IMG/VR virus record: IMGVR_UViG_3300027819_000039
Coordinates: 1-34,344 of that record
Direction: 5' to 3' (one strand)
Length of the DNA: 34,344 bases
DNA from: a virus
Lineage: Duplodnaviria > Caudoviricetes
Part shown: piece after piece, positions 1-8,432 of the stretch
How the letters are laid out: every line of letters starts with the position of its first letter
Numbering within the stretch: position 1 is the stretch's first letter
The notes under the pieces: model-generated
Database searches by the model: none
What the model was told of the DNA's origin: nothing
Seen by the model: the letters and a program-made list of their open reading frames with translations, nothing else
Position numbers and translations under genes: made by a program

Positions 1-207
1 TCGCAGGCGCGTGCATTGCTCTACTCGATCCTGTTGCAGAACGGGGTGTACAACCGCAACGAAGTCCGTGCGCTGGAGAACCGCAATGCGAGCGACGCGC
101 CAGGGATGGATGACTACACCGTTCAGCTCAACATGACGGTGATTCAATTGCTGGAGCAGATGCAGCGCGCAGCGGCGCAGACCGACAAGAGCACGAGCCA
201 GGCCTGA
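1..207 (+). CDS. HK97-family portal protein, C-terminal end (truncated by the window)
   Basis: Frame is open from base 1. The motif LQNGVYNRNEVRALEN...GMDDYTVQLNM is typical of portal C-termini, and the gene lies directly upstream of the protease. Confidence 0.9.
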   Translation, partial: SQARALLYSILLQNGVYNRNEVRALENRNASDAPGMDDYTVQLNMTVIQLLEQMQRAAAQTDKSTSQA

Positions 208-231
208 GCGCAGCGTAAGAAATTGAAGGAG

Positions 232-260
232 AAGCCCGCCATCGCGCGGGCTTTTTATTT
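232..260 (+). terminator. Intrinsic terminator-like hairpin
   Basis: AAGCCCGC-catcgc-GCGGGCTT followed by a T-rich tail. Confidence 0.75.
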
Positions 261-271
261 GGAGGTCAGCC

Positions 272-943
272 ATGAAGCACATGATCGTTCCGGCCGAGTT
301 CAAGAGCGTGTCCGATGTAGGCGTCTTCTCCGGTTATGCCTCGATCTTCGGCAACGTCGATCTCGGTGGTGACGTCATCGCAAAGGAGGAGCCCTTCAAA
401 GAAATCGTGACGAATCCGGAGGGGAAAGTGCTGACCCTCTTCCAACACGATTCCGGTGGCGGATGGGGTTCGACTGGCGCGGGCGGCCTGCCGATCGGCT
501 TGTCAAGTGTTAGTCAGAACTCAAAGGGCCTGAAGTTCGACGGCCAGCTCGTCATGGATGACCCATTCGTGCAGCGCGTGCACACCCACATGAAGGCGCG
601 CACGCTGACCGGGATGTCGATTGGCTACGACGTCCTGCCCGGCGGAGCGAAGATCCTCGAATCCGGCATCCGGCAATTGAACGCGCTAAAGCTCTGGGAA
701 ATCAGCGTGGTCACCTTCCCGATGAACCCGAAGACGACGATCGATTCGGTCAAGATCGCTCCACAATTCGACACGATCAGAGAATGCGAAATCTGGCTCC
801 GGGATGAGCTTGGTTTCACCAATAGCGCGGCGAAGGAATTCATCGCGCGATTCAAGAAGGCGCTGGTTCGGGATGAACCGACTCGGGATGAGTCTCAGGC
901 GAAAGAAGTGATCGAGTACCTCTCCAACCTGAAATTCTCATAA
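272..943 (+). CDS. HK97-family prohead (maturation) protease
   Basis: Motifs GVFSGYASIFGNVDLGGD, LFQHD, GMSIGY and LWEISVVTFPMN; GGAGG RBS at 261-265. Confidence 0.95.
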   Translation: MKHMIVPAEFKSVSDVGVFSGYASIFGNVDLGGDVIAKEEPFKEIVTNPEGKVLTLFQHDSGGGWGSTGAGGLPIGLSSVSQNSKGLKFDGQLVMDDPFVQRVHTHMKARTLTGMSIGYDVLPGGAKILESGIRQLNALKLWEISVVTFPMNPKTTIDSVKIAPQFDTIRECEIWLRDELGFTNSAAKEFIARFKKALVRDEPTRDESQAKEVIEYLSNLKFS

Positions 944-957
944 CCGAAAGGACCATC

Positions 958-2223
958 ATGGAATTCAACGCTACCGAGATGAAGGAGTTGAACGCGGCGC
1001 TGAAAAAGGCGTTCGACGAAATGCAGGACAACATCAAGCGCGCGCAGGACACCGCAATGAAGGCGCTGGAGGAATCCCGCACCGAGGGCACCCTGCACGC
1101 GAAGACGAACGAGAAGCTGACCGAGTTCAACACGGCCGCGGAGAAACTCGGCGAGACCGTGAAGGAGCTGAAGACGCGCACGCTCGAACTCGAGCAGAAG
1201 CTCGACAAGCGGCCTGTCAGCGAACCGGCGCGCGCGAAATCAATCGGGCAGATCGTCGCCGAATCCGAGGAGTTCAAGGCGGCGTGCGGCAACCGGAACG
1301 CCAAGACCATGAACGCGGTGACCGTCGGCAGCTTCCACAGCAAGGCCAACATCCTCAACGTCAATCCGCCCTCCTCGGTGCAGCCGCTCGTGCAGGGCGA
1401 CCGCCAGCCCGGCATCATCTCCCCGGGCTTGCGCCGGCTGACGATCCGCGACCTGCTCCCGCAGACGACCACGAACAGCAACCTGATCGAGTTCGCGCGG
1501 GAACTGCTCTTCACCAACGCCGCGGCGCCGCAGGGCGGAACCACCAGCCCGGACGAAGTGACGGAAGGCGAAGCGAAGGCGGAGAGCTCGCTCACCTTCG
1601 AATTCGCGTCGACCCCCGTGATCACGATCGCCCACTTCATCCCTGCGTCGCGGCAGATCCTGTCGGACGCCCCGATGCTGCAGGGCTACGTCGACGGGCG
1701 CCTGCGCTACGGGCTCGCCCTCGAGGAGGAGGACGAACTGCTGAACGGCAACGGCTTGCAGGGCACCCTCCAGGGCCTGCTCGGCTACGCCGCGGCCTTC
1801 ACCGGCGGCGCGACCAACCAGACCGCGCTGGATACCCTCCTCAAGGCGCAACTGCAGGTCAGCCTGTCGGAATACTCGATCTCCGGGTATGTCCTTCACC
1901 CGACGGACTGGACGAACATCCTGCTGCTGAAGGACACGACCGGGCGCTACCTGTTCAGCGATCCGCACGGCATGGAGCAGCCGCGTGTCTGGGGCGTCGA
2001 CGTCGTGCCGACGCAGTCGCAAACGCAGGGCACGTTCCTCGCTGGCGCCTTCACGCTGTGCGCGGAAATCTTCGACCGCGAGGACGCGACCGTTCGCGTG
2101 GCCGAGCAGCACAGCGACTTCTTCGTCAGGAACCTGGTCGCGATCCTGGCCGAGGAGCGCGTCGCCCTTGCCGTGTACCGGGCGAGCTCCATGGTGCAGG
2201 GCGCGATCTCCTACGCCGGATAA
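958..2223 (+). CDS. HK97-fold major capsid protein with N-terminal coiled-coil delta domain
   Basis: Motifs RRLTIRDLL, TIAHFIPASRQILSDAPML and DFFVRNLVAILAEERVALAVYR. Confidence 0.97.
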   Translation: MEFNATEMKELNAALKKAFDEMQDNIKRAQDTAMKALEESRTEGTLHAKTNEKLTEFNTAAEKLGETVKELKTRTLELEQKLDKRPVSEPARAKSIGQIVAESEEFKAACGNRNAKTMNAVTVGSFHSKANILNVNPPSSVQPLVQGDRQPGIISPGLRRLTIRDLLPQTTTNSNLIEFARELLFTNAAAPQGGTTSPDEVTEGEAKAESSLTFEFASTPVITIAHFIPASRQILSDAPMLQGYVDGRLRYGLALEEEDELLNGNGLQGTLQGLLGYAAAFTGGATNQTALDTLLKAQLQVSLSEYSISGYVLHPTDWTNILLLKDTTGRYLFSDPHGMEQPRVWGVDVVPTQSQTQGTFLAGAFTLCAEIFDREDATVRVAEQHSDFFVRNLVAILAEERVALAVYRASSMVQGAISYAG

Positions 2224-2243
2224 CCTGGACGCCGCAACTACCT

Positions 2244-2272
2244 TCCCCGGGCCTTCGGGTCCGGGGACTTTT
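2244..2272 (+). terminator. Terminator or stabilising hairpin after the capsid gene
   Basis: TCCCCGGGCC-TTCG-GGTCCGGGGA then CTTTT; UUCG tetraloop. Confidence 0.7.
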
Positions 2273-2283
2273 CGAGAGGTCCC

Positions 2284-2688
2284 ATGGCCCGCGCAGAACT
2301 GAAAACGGCGCAATGTCGCATCAAACCGCGGCGCATCATCGCCGAGGGTTGCGGTGGAACGATCTTCTGGGCGACCCCGACCCGGGCACGCCTGTTGATC
2401 GATGTTGGCGCAGTGGAACTCGTCAACATGGTCCCGGTGCAAGCCGGTCCTGTCGCGACAAGGCCGATCGGCCCGACCGAAGCGCCGGTAGCGGGACCGA
2501 GCGAAGTGAAGGAGCCTCCCGAAAAACGATCCTCCGCCGTCGTCCCGGATGGCCCCTCGATCGATTCTCAGTCGTCGAGCGAGCCTGGGACGGCGGCACT
2601 GTCGTCTGCCTCGGCGGCGGGCCTACTCTCACCGGAGCGCATATCGCCGCCGTCGAAGAAGCGCGGGAGGCCGAAAAAGTCCGGGTGA
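2284..2688 (+). CDS. Small post-capsid protein, Pro/Ser-rich; probable zero-frame product of a frameshifting gene
   Basis: GAGAGG RBS and ATG at 2284; GPxE repeats. The last ~54 codons overlap the next ORF, which is in the -1 frame. Confidence 0.75.
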   Translation: MARAELKTAQCRIKPRRIIAEGCGGTIFWATPTRARLLIDVGAVELVNMVPVQAGPVATRPIGPTEAPVAGPSEVKEPPEKRSSAVVPDGPSIDSQSSSEPGTAALSSASAAGLLSPERISPPSKKRGRPKKSG

Positions 2689-3254
2689 TCGCGGTCAACG
2701 ACGCGTACCTGGTCGCCCCCTTTGCCGACATCTGCTACTTCGCCGACTCGGAATGGTGGGGCTGGCACAGTAGGGGGATCGCGAAGCCGAAGCTCGGGCT
2801 CACCGCCGAGCAGGTCCGCGAGAGGTTCGCGGCATTCGCCGGCGAGAAGTGTTCGATCCAGAATAGCGGTGCCAACGTCGAGGATCCCAGCGTGCATCTG
2901 CTGCGGAACAAGAATTTCCCGGCGCATGGGAGCGGGATTTCGCTCGATCCGGAGTGCCTGATGAGCGGGGGTAATTCCGGCTGGCAGGCGATCAATCTGG
3001 CGGTGCTCGCCGGGGCGAAGACCGTCCTGCTACTGGGCTACGATGCGCGCGAACCGGCATCCGGGCGCGACTCGCACTGGTTCGGCGAGCATCCGAAGCG
3101 GGCGCCCGCGGATGCCTACGCGAAATATCGGCAGGCCTGCAAGGCGGGGGCGCCATCGCTCAAGGCTGCGGACGTGCGCGTGATCAACTGCTCGCCCGGG
3201 AGCGCGATCGACGCGTTCGAGAGGTTGGACCTTGCCCAAGCCCTGCGCCTATAA
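2526..3254 (+). CDS. Maf/DUF115 (MptE-like) putative glycosyltransferase; start uncertain, probably reached by -1 frameshift
   Basis: Motifs TVVCLGGGPTL, VIAVND, GGNSGWQAINLAVLAGAKTVLLLGYD and VINCSPGSAI. There is no ATG/GTG/TTG near the domain start. Confidence 0.8.
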   Translation, partial: TILRRRPGWPLDRFSVVERAWDGGTVVCLGGGPTLTGAHIAAVEEAREAEKVRVIAVNDAYLVAPFADICYFADSEWWGWHSRGIAKPKLGLTAEQVRERFAAFAGEKCSIQNSGANVEDPSVHLLRNKNFPAHGSGISLDPECLMSGGNSGWQAINLAVLAGAKTVLLLGYDAREPASGRDSHWFGEHPKRAPADAYAKYRQACKAGAPSLKAADVRVINCSPGSAIDAFERLDLAQALRL

Positions 3255-4041
3255 CCTGACGCGCCGGGAGATTCACTACCGCCACGACGCCTTCTCGGCC
3301 GGGCTGCGTGCAGCGGGGTACGAGGTCAAGACCGGAGGATGGAACGCCGCGCGCGCGGGCGATGTGTTGCTGATCTGGAACCGCTACGGCCAGTATCACG
3401 AGCAGGCTGGAAAGTTCGAAAAGGCGGGCGGGACGGTCATCGTTGCCGAGAATGGCTACCTCGGCGTCGACGAAAACTGCCACCAGCTCTATGCAATGGC
3501 CCGCCACGGCCACAACGGGGCGGGAGACTGGCCGGTGGGCGGCCCGGAGCGCTTCGCCGCCCTGGGCGTCGATTTGGCCCCATGGCGGGCATCAGGCGGC
3601 CATATCCTCGTCTGCCCGAATCGCAGTTTCGGCATGCCGGGCAACATCATGCCGCCTGATTGGGGCAACGACGTCCGCCGGCGGCTCGCCAAGGTGACGA
3701 AGCGCGAGATCAGGCTGCGGCCGCATCCCGGGAACAGTGCTCCGCGGAAGCCGCTCGCGGAGGACCTGGCGGGTGCGTGGGCGTGCGTAATCTGGTCGAG
3801 TTCGGCCGGGGTGCACGCGCTCGCGGCCGGAATTCCGGTCGTCTGCGAGGCGCCGTTCTGGATTTGCAAGCCCGCCGTGCTCGACCGGGTTGCGGACGTT
3901 GAGGCCCTCGATCTGACGCAGCCGTGGGAGCGGATGGGCGCGGACGCGACCCGGCTGGAGGCGATGCGGCGCCTCGCCTGGGCGCAGTGGCGGCTGTCGG
4001 AAATCCAGTCGGGAGAGGCGTTCAGGAGGCTACTGGTATGA
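3232..4041 (+). CDS. KpsS/KpsC-like (Capsule_synth-type) putative glycosyltransferase 1
   Basis: Motifs VIVAENGY, LRPHPG and AWACVIWSSSAGVHALAAGIPVV; TTG start overlaps the upstream gene. Confidence 0.7.
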   Translation: MPKPCAYNLTRREIHYRHDAFSAGLRAAGYEVKTGGWNAARAGDVLLIWNRYGQYHEQAGKFEKAGGTVIVAENGYLGVDENCHQLYAMARHGHNGAGDWPVGGPERFAALGVDLAPWRASGGHILVCPNRSFGMPGNIMPPDWGNDVRRRLAKVTKREIRLRPHPGNSAPRKPLAEDLAGAWACVIWSSSAGVHALAAGIPVVCEAPFWICKPAVLDRVADVEALDLTQPWERMGADATRLEAMRRLAWAQWRLSEIQSGEAFRRLLV

Positions 4042-4373
4042 ACATAGAAACCGAAATCGCATGGATGGAAAACTTCCGCGCTGCATCGCGCTTGAGTAAG
4101 GATCAGTTTGACTCAATCCTGGCTGTCCAGCGCAGATTGTTCTGTGAGCATCGAGACGCGCTAGAAAACGCTGTCGACCCAGCATGTCCGCAAATAGAGG
4201 GCCATCGGCTTTGCTGGGATTGCGGCGCTATCGTTAGCGAGGTTGAGGAGTGCCCGATCTGCGCGACGGTCGACCATTCGCAATTGCCTCGGATGGCGTT
4301 TGGAATGATGTTAGATGAGCCCGGCGCCCAGGAAGATGTGATGTTCGCATTGACTTTCGGCTTGCCGGTCTGA
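4038..4373 (+). CDS. Hypothetical zinc-ribbon protein (inserted gene)
   Basis: ATGA overlap with the previous stop; CWDCG...CPIC; visibly more AT-rich codons than its neighbours. Confidence 0.65.
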   Translation: MNIETEIAWMENFRAASRLSKDQFDSILAVQRRLFCEHRDALENAVDPACPQIEGHRLCWDCGAIVSEVEECPICATVDHSQLPRMAFGMMLDEPGAQEDVMFALTFGLPV

Positions 4374-5134
4374 TCACCTGCTACGCCCAGCGAGACAAGC
4401 CGAAGTCGCAGCGGGTGCTTGAAGCATTCGCGGCCGGCTGCGGCGGCCGGATGGCGAGCACCACGGCGCGCGAGTTGGAACCCGGCGGGGCAGCTTTTTA
4501 CGGCGTGCGGCCAGGCTGGCTGCACCTGTGGGAACAGGCGAAGCGCGAGGCCCGAGATTGGTTTTACCTGGACAACAGCTTCGTCGACGCCGGTCGAGAA
4601 GCCTATTTCCGCGTCGGGGTCAACGCAACGCAGAGTTGGTCGACGCGGCCCTCGGATGGCAAGCGCCTCGCGCAGCTGGGCGTACGCGTGCAGCCGTGGC
4701 GCCGCACTGGCTCGCACATCGTCGTCTGCCTGCAATCCGAGGACTACATGCGGCCGGTGGCGAACTGGCCCAGTGGCGTGCTCGGCTGGCAGGAACATGT
4801 GCTGCGGGCGCTGCGGCCGCACACCGACCGGCTGATCGTCGTGCGCGGCAAGAAGGCGGACCGGCCGCTCGCGCAAGAGCTGGGCGAGGCCTGGCTGCTG
4901 GTCGCGCATTCGAGCGCGGCCGCGGTCGAGGCGCTGATCGCTGGCGTGCCGGTGATCGTGACCGATCCGGCGTGCGCGGCTTCCGGTTTTTCCTCCGCGT
5001 TCGAGGCGGTCGAATCGCCGCGCCGGCCGGACGGGCGCGAGGAGTGGGCGGCGCGACTGGCGGATTCGCAGTGGACAAGTTCCGAAATGCGAGACGGGAT
5101 GGCTTGGAGGGCGATTTGGCAAAGGGCTGGCTGA
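4370..5134 (+). CDS. KpsS/KpsC-like putative glycosyltransferase 2
   Basis: Motifs WFYLDNSF, VQPWRRTGSHIVVC and AWLLVAHSSAAAVEALIAGVPV; paralogous to 3232-4041. Start is either CTG at 4370 (CTGA overlap) or GTG at 4415. Confidence 0.7.
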   Translation: MITCYAQRDKPKSQRVLEAFAAGCGGRMASTTARELEPGGAAFYGVRPGWLHLWEQAKREARDWFYLDNSFVDAGREAYFRVGVNATQSWSTRPSDGKRLAQLGVRVQPWRRTGSHIVVCLQSEDYMRPVANWPSGVLGWQEHVLRALRPHTDRLIVVRGKKADRPLAQELGEAWLLVAHSSAAAVEALIAGVPVIVTDPACAASGFSSAFEAVESPRRPDGREEWAARLADSQWTSSEMRDGMAWRAIWQRAG

Positions 5135-5670
5135 AAATACCCGGGGTCCAGGATGGCGACCGAACCCTTGCGCAGCAGATTCTCGCCCTACAGCCCGCCA
5201 TCGCCAAGTGCCGCGGAAAGACCGTGCTCGACCTCGGCTGCGCCGAGGGGTTGATCGGCCGCGAGTTCGCCAAGGCCGGCGCCGCGACGGTTGTGGGGAT
5301 CGAGCGCGAGGGAAACTACGTCAGCATGGCGCGCGCGATGTGCCTCGGGTACCGGGTGTCGATCAAGCATGCCGACGTCAAGGACCTGGACCCGGAATTC
5401 CCGATGCCGCACGACATCGTGCTCGCGCTCGGGATCATTCACAAACTGGAGCACCCGGAGATGGGCCTGCGCTTCGCCGCACGGTCCGCCCGGGAACTGC
5501 TGCTGCTCCGGAGTGGACGCGGTTCGGTGAACGGGATCATCCGCGGCAAGTTCAGCCGCAACGAATGCGATTCGGCGAAGCTGATGACGGAGGAGGGATT
5601 CGTGCTGGAGAGGGTCATCGAGGGGCCGCCGGAATTGAAAGAGCCCTGTGAATACTGGCGGCGGCCATGA
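5116..5670 (+). CDS. Class I SAM-dependent methyltransferase
   Basis: Motif I KTVLDLGCAEG, then VVGIE and DIVLALGIIHKL; GGAGG 5 nt before TTG 5116. Confidence 0.85.
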   Translation: MAKGWLKIPGVQDGDRTLAQQILALQPAIAKCRGKTVLDLGCAEGLIGREFAKAGAATVVGIEREGNYVSMARAMCLGYRVSIKHADVKDLDPEFPMPHDIVLALGIIHKLEHPEMGLRFAARSARELLLLRSGRGSVNGIIRGKFSRNECDSAKLMTEEGFVLERVIEGPPELKEPCEYWRRP

Positions 5671-6578
5671 AAACACTGACCGCCTTTTGCGACCTGGCCC
5701 TGTGCCCGGTGTCGTACGATTTCGTCGTCTGGCTCATGCGCGCACTGGTCGAGCGCGACCGCCGCGGGTGCGATCATTTGCACGTCGTCCTGGTGCCGCA
5801 CGAGCAGGGCCTGGGCGGGTTCGCTCGCAACTGGGGCGAACACGACGAGCCTGCAACGCGCTGGCGGCTGTGGCACATCGTCATGGATTGCATTCCGCTC
5901 GCCGGTGCGACGGTGACACTGGCGGCAAGCAAGGCGCAGAGCGCGGCTATCTTCTGGGGCACCGTGCAGCAGCGCGCCGATGCCCAGATGTGGCAGCCGC
6001 AGGAACGCTCCCATCTCGCCGGACAGTTGATAGAGGACTGCCGGGCCGGGAAGGGATTCAAGACCGGTCTGAGGCCGACGGAAGCCGCGCGGCGCTACGT
6101 TGCGCAATGGTTCGACGACGATCCGCGTCCCCTGATCACGCTGACGACTCGTCGGCAGGAAACGCATGCCGACCGCAATTCGTCGCACGACGCGTGGGAT
6201 TCCTTTTACGGTTGGCTCCCGGAATCGAAATACAGCGTTGTTCGGCTCGAGGATTCTCACGACGGTCTGGCCCATTGGGAGGGATGCTGGGCTCAGATTT
6301 CGGCGGATCTGCGCTTGGCCCTGTACGAGCGCGCGGCGCTGAATTGCATCGGCACGAACGGCCCGGCGATCCTGCTCTGGTTCTCCGGTGCGCCGTTCCT
6401 CGAGTTCGGATTCGGGCTCCCCGCGGAAGTCTGGGCCGAGCACATGGAAAAGCACCTTTCGCTCAAGCACGGCGAGCAGTTGCCATGGGCGACGCCAAAC
6501 CAGCGGCTGGTATGGCGGCCGGACACCTTTGCCGTGATGCGCGAGGAGTTCGAGGCGTGGGAACGGGCACGGTCGTAA
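5667..6578 (+). CDS. Putative GT-B fold glycosyltransferase (paralogue A)
   Basis: ITLTTR...RNSSHDAW and LRLALYERAALNCIGTNGPAILL resemble the C-terminal domain of GT9-like enzymes; paralogue at 7719. Confidence 0.55.
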   Translation: MKTLTAFCDLALCPVSYDFVVWLMRALVERDRRGCDHLHVVLVPHEQGLGGFARNWGEHDEPATRWRLWHIVMDCIPLAGATVTLAASKAQSAAIFWGTVQQRADAQMWQPQERSHLAGQLIEDCRAGKGFKTGLRPTEAARRYVAQWFDDDPRPLITLTTRRQETHADRNSSHDAWDSFYGWLPESKYSVVRLEDSHDGLAHWEGCWAQISADLRLALYERAALNCIGTNGPAILLWFSGAPFLEFGFGLPAEVWAEHMEKHLSLKHGEQLPWATPNQRLVWRPDTFAVMREEFEAWERARS

Positions 6579-6958
6579 CCGTGCCGATCTCCGTCGGCGA
6601 ACTGTTCGACAAGATCTCAATCCTGGAGATCAAGTCGCGCCGGATCACGGATGTTGCGAAGCAGGTTCATGTCGAGCGAGAGCTGCTCGCGCTGCGCGGT
6701 GTTGCGGACGCATCGGTCGCACTCGACATGGCGGGCTATCGGGTTCTCGAGGACCTGCGGCTGGTCAACCTCCTGCTTTGGGAGATCGAAGATCGCATCC
6801 GCGAATGTGAACGCAGTGGCGACTTTGGGGCGGATTTCGTCGCGCTCGCCCGCGGCGTGTACATGCAGAACGACCGACGAGCCGCGTTGAAGCGCAGGTT
6901 GAACGAGTTGACGGCTTCGGAGATCGTCGAGGAAAAGTCCTACGCCGGGGCCATCTGA
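6557..6958 (+). CDS. DUF6165-like protein
   Basis: VPISVGELFDKISILEIK...LWEIEDRIR...ARGVYMQNDRRAALKR...EEKSY; GAGGAG before GTG 6557. Confidence 0.8.
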   Translation: MGTGTVVTVPISVGELFDKISILEIKSRRITDVAKQVHVERELLALRGVADASVALDMAGYRVLEDLRLVNLLLWEIEDRIRECERSGDFGADFVALARGVYMQNDRRAALKRRLNELTASEIVEEKSYAGAI

Positions 6959-7722
6959 TGGGGTACGGCGACGATCTTATGGTGTCGGGCCGTGCCCGCG
7001 CCATGCAGAAGACCGATCGCAGAAAGGTGAGGATCGTCTATCGGCGCGGCGGGGCTCGCTGGAGTGCGGTCTGGGATCACAACCCGAGGATCGCGAGATT
7101 CGACGAGCAAGGGGATTTTCAGGAACTGGAAGCGCGCGACGCGAACAACCAGCGTCCATACCACACCGGGAAGACGCCGGAGCGGTGGCTCTACAACCTA
7201 AATTTCCGTCCCGATGTCGGGGAGATATACCTTACCGTTGCGGAGCAGGAATTCGCCAAGCGCAATCGCGTGCAGATCGTCATCGAGCCGACGATCAAGG
7301 CGAACGCGAGCCCGAACAAGCAGTGGGGGCTGGAGCGGTGGAAGGAATTCGTCCGGATCGCGAGCGCCGCCGGGTTTCATCTGACGCAACTCGGTCGTCA
7401 CGGGATGCGACAGATACCGTGCTCCACGTTGCTGACGACGGAAGGATTTCGCCATACCTGCGCGGTGCTGGCGAACGCGAAGGCCTACGTCGGGCATGAG
7501 GGCGGCATGCATCATGCTGCGGCGGCGCTCGGTATTCCTGGTGTCGTGATCTTCGGCGGCTTCATCGCCGTCGAGACGACGGGATACGCGCTGCATCGCA
7601 ACCTCGGCGTTCACGTCGGCGAGGCGTGCGGCATGCGCGCCCCGTGCTCGCATTGCGCCGCGGCGATGGCGGCGATCACGCCCGAGAGGGTGCTCGCCGA
7701 ACTGAAGGAAGTCCTGCGGTGA
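6958..7722 (+). CDS. GT9 (ADP-heptose heptosyltransferase-like) glycosyltransferase
   Basis: Motifs GYGDDLM, PNKQWGLERW and YVGHEGGMHHAAAALGIPGVVIFG. Confidence 0.85.
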   Translation: MGYGDDLMVSGRARAMQKTDRRKVRIVYRRGGARWSAVWDHNPRIARFDEQGDFQELEARDANNQRPYHTGKTPERWLYNLNFRPDVGEIYLTVAEQEFAKRNRVQIVIEPTIKANASPNKQWGLERWKEFVRIASAAGFHLTQLGRHGMRQIPCSTLLTTEGFRHTCAVLANAKAYVGHEGGMHHAAAALGIPGVVIFGGFIAVETTGYALHRNLGVHVGEACGMRAPCSHCAAAMAAITPERVLAELKEVLR

Positions 7723-8432
7723 AAGCGCGTTACGATCTCGGCGACGGCATCGCCGGATTCGATTTTTTCCAGTGGCTCGTCATGGCGCAGGCCCTGGGCG
7801 CGACCGAGGTCGTTTTCGACACGCGCACCGTGAAGACGACGAAATGGCCGGAGAAGACGGTCCGCCGGCGTTTCGAGTCGATCCTGCTGCCGGGCCCGGC
7901 GCTCGCCGGAATGCCTGCCTCGATCGGCACCGAGGGCGAGCGCGTCTGCGGCGTGCATTTCCGCGAGCTAGTCGCCTGGTGGCTCGCCGGCGGACGGTTC
8001 AAGCGCCTGCAATCGGTGCTGCCGCCAGGCCGGGCGCGCTACACGGTGACGCTGCGAAAGACCGATCGGCATCCGACGCGGAATGCGAACGAGGCTGATT
8101 GGCGCGCCTTCGCCAAGGAGATCGGCGCCGTGGTGATCGAAGACTACGACGTGAAGCCGATCCATCTCCACGAGCGCATGGCGCTCTACGCCGGCGCCGA
8201 GATGAATTTCTTCACGAACAACGGCCCGGCGATCTTGTGTCTGCTATCGGAGTACCCGGCCATGCTCTTCGATTGCGGCGTGATGTCGAACCAACTTCGC
8301 AAGTGCGGCATCGAGTACGGCAATCCGCCGCCGTTCTGCCTGCCGCAGCACCGATTGATCTTCGAGAGCGGAGAACTGGCGAACCTGCGCAGGCACTTCG
8401 ACGCATGGAGAAACGATGCCGCGCAAGCGTGA
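7719..8432 (+). CDS. Putative GT-B fold glycosyltransferase (paralogue B)
   Basis: GTGA overlap. YDL...FDFFQWL, TLRK...RNANEADW and RMALYAGAEMNFFTNNGPAIL are shared with 5667-6578. Confidence 0.55.
   Translation: MKARYDLGDGIAGFDFFQWLVMAQALGATEVVFDTRTVKTTKWPEKTVRRRFESILLPGPALAGMPASIGTEGERVCGVHFRELVAWWLAGGRFKRLQSVLPPGRARYTVTLRKTDRHPTRNANEADWRAFAKEIGAVVIEDYDVKPIHLHERMALYAGAEMNFFTNNGPAILCLLSEYPAMLFDCGVMSNQLRKCGIEYGNPPPFCLPQHRLIFESGELANLRRHFDAWRNDAAQA

Noticed and set aside
1240-2442. 400 aa antisense ORF and similar long minus-strand ORFs (4103-5122, 5439-6620, 19932-21047)
   Set aside because: These are antisense shadows expected in GC-rich coding DNA; they have no motifs and overlap well-supported genes.
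1284-2525. 656 aa ORF 1284-3254 as a single protein
   Set aside because: The first ~410 codons are an off-frame shadow of the capsid and post-capsid genes (Arg/Pro-rich junk). Only the part from about 2526 has protein-like motifs.
4528-5115. Long N-terminal extensions in the ORF track (4528, 5648, 7626, 9685, 10877, 13189, 25575)
   Set aside because: They overlap upstream genes. Better starts with an RBS or stop/start overlap exist at 5116, 6557, 7719, 9859, 11366, 13366 and 25875.
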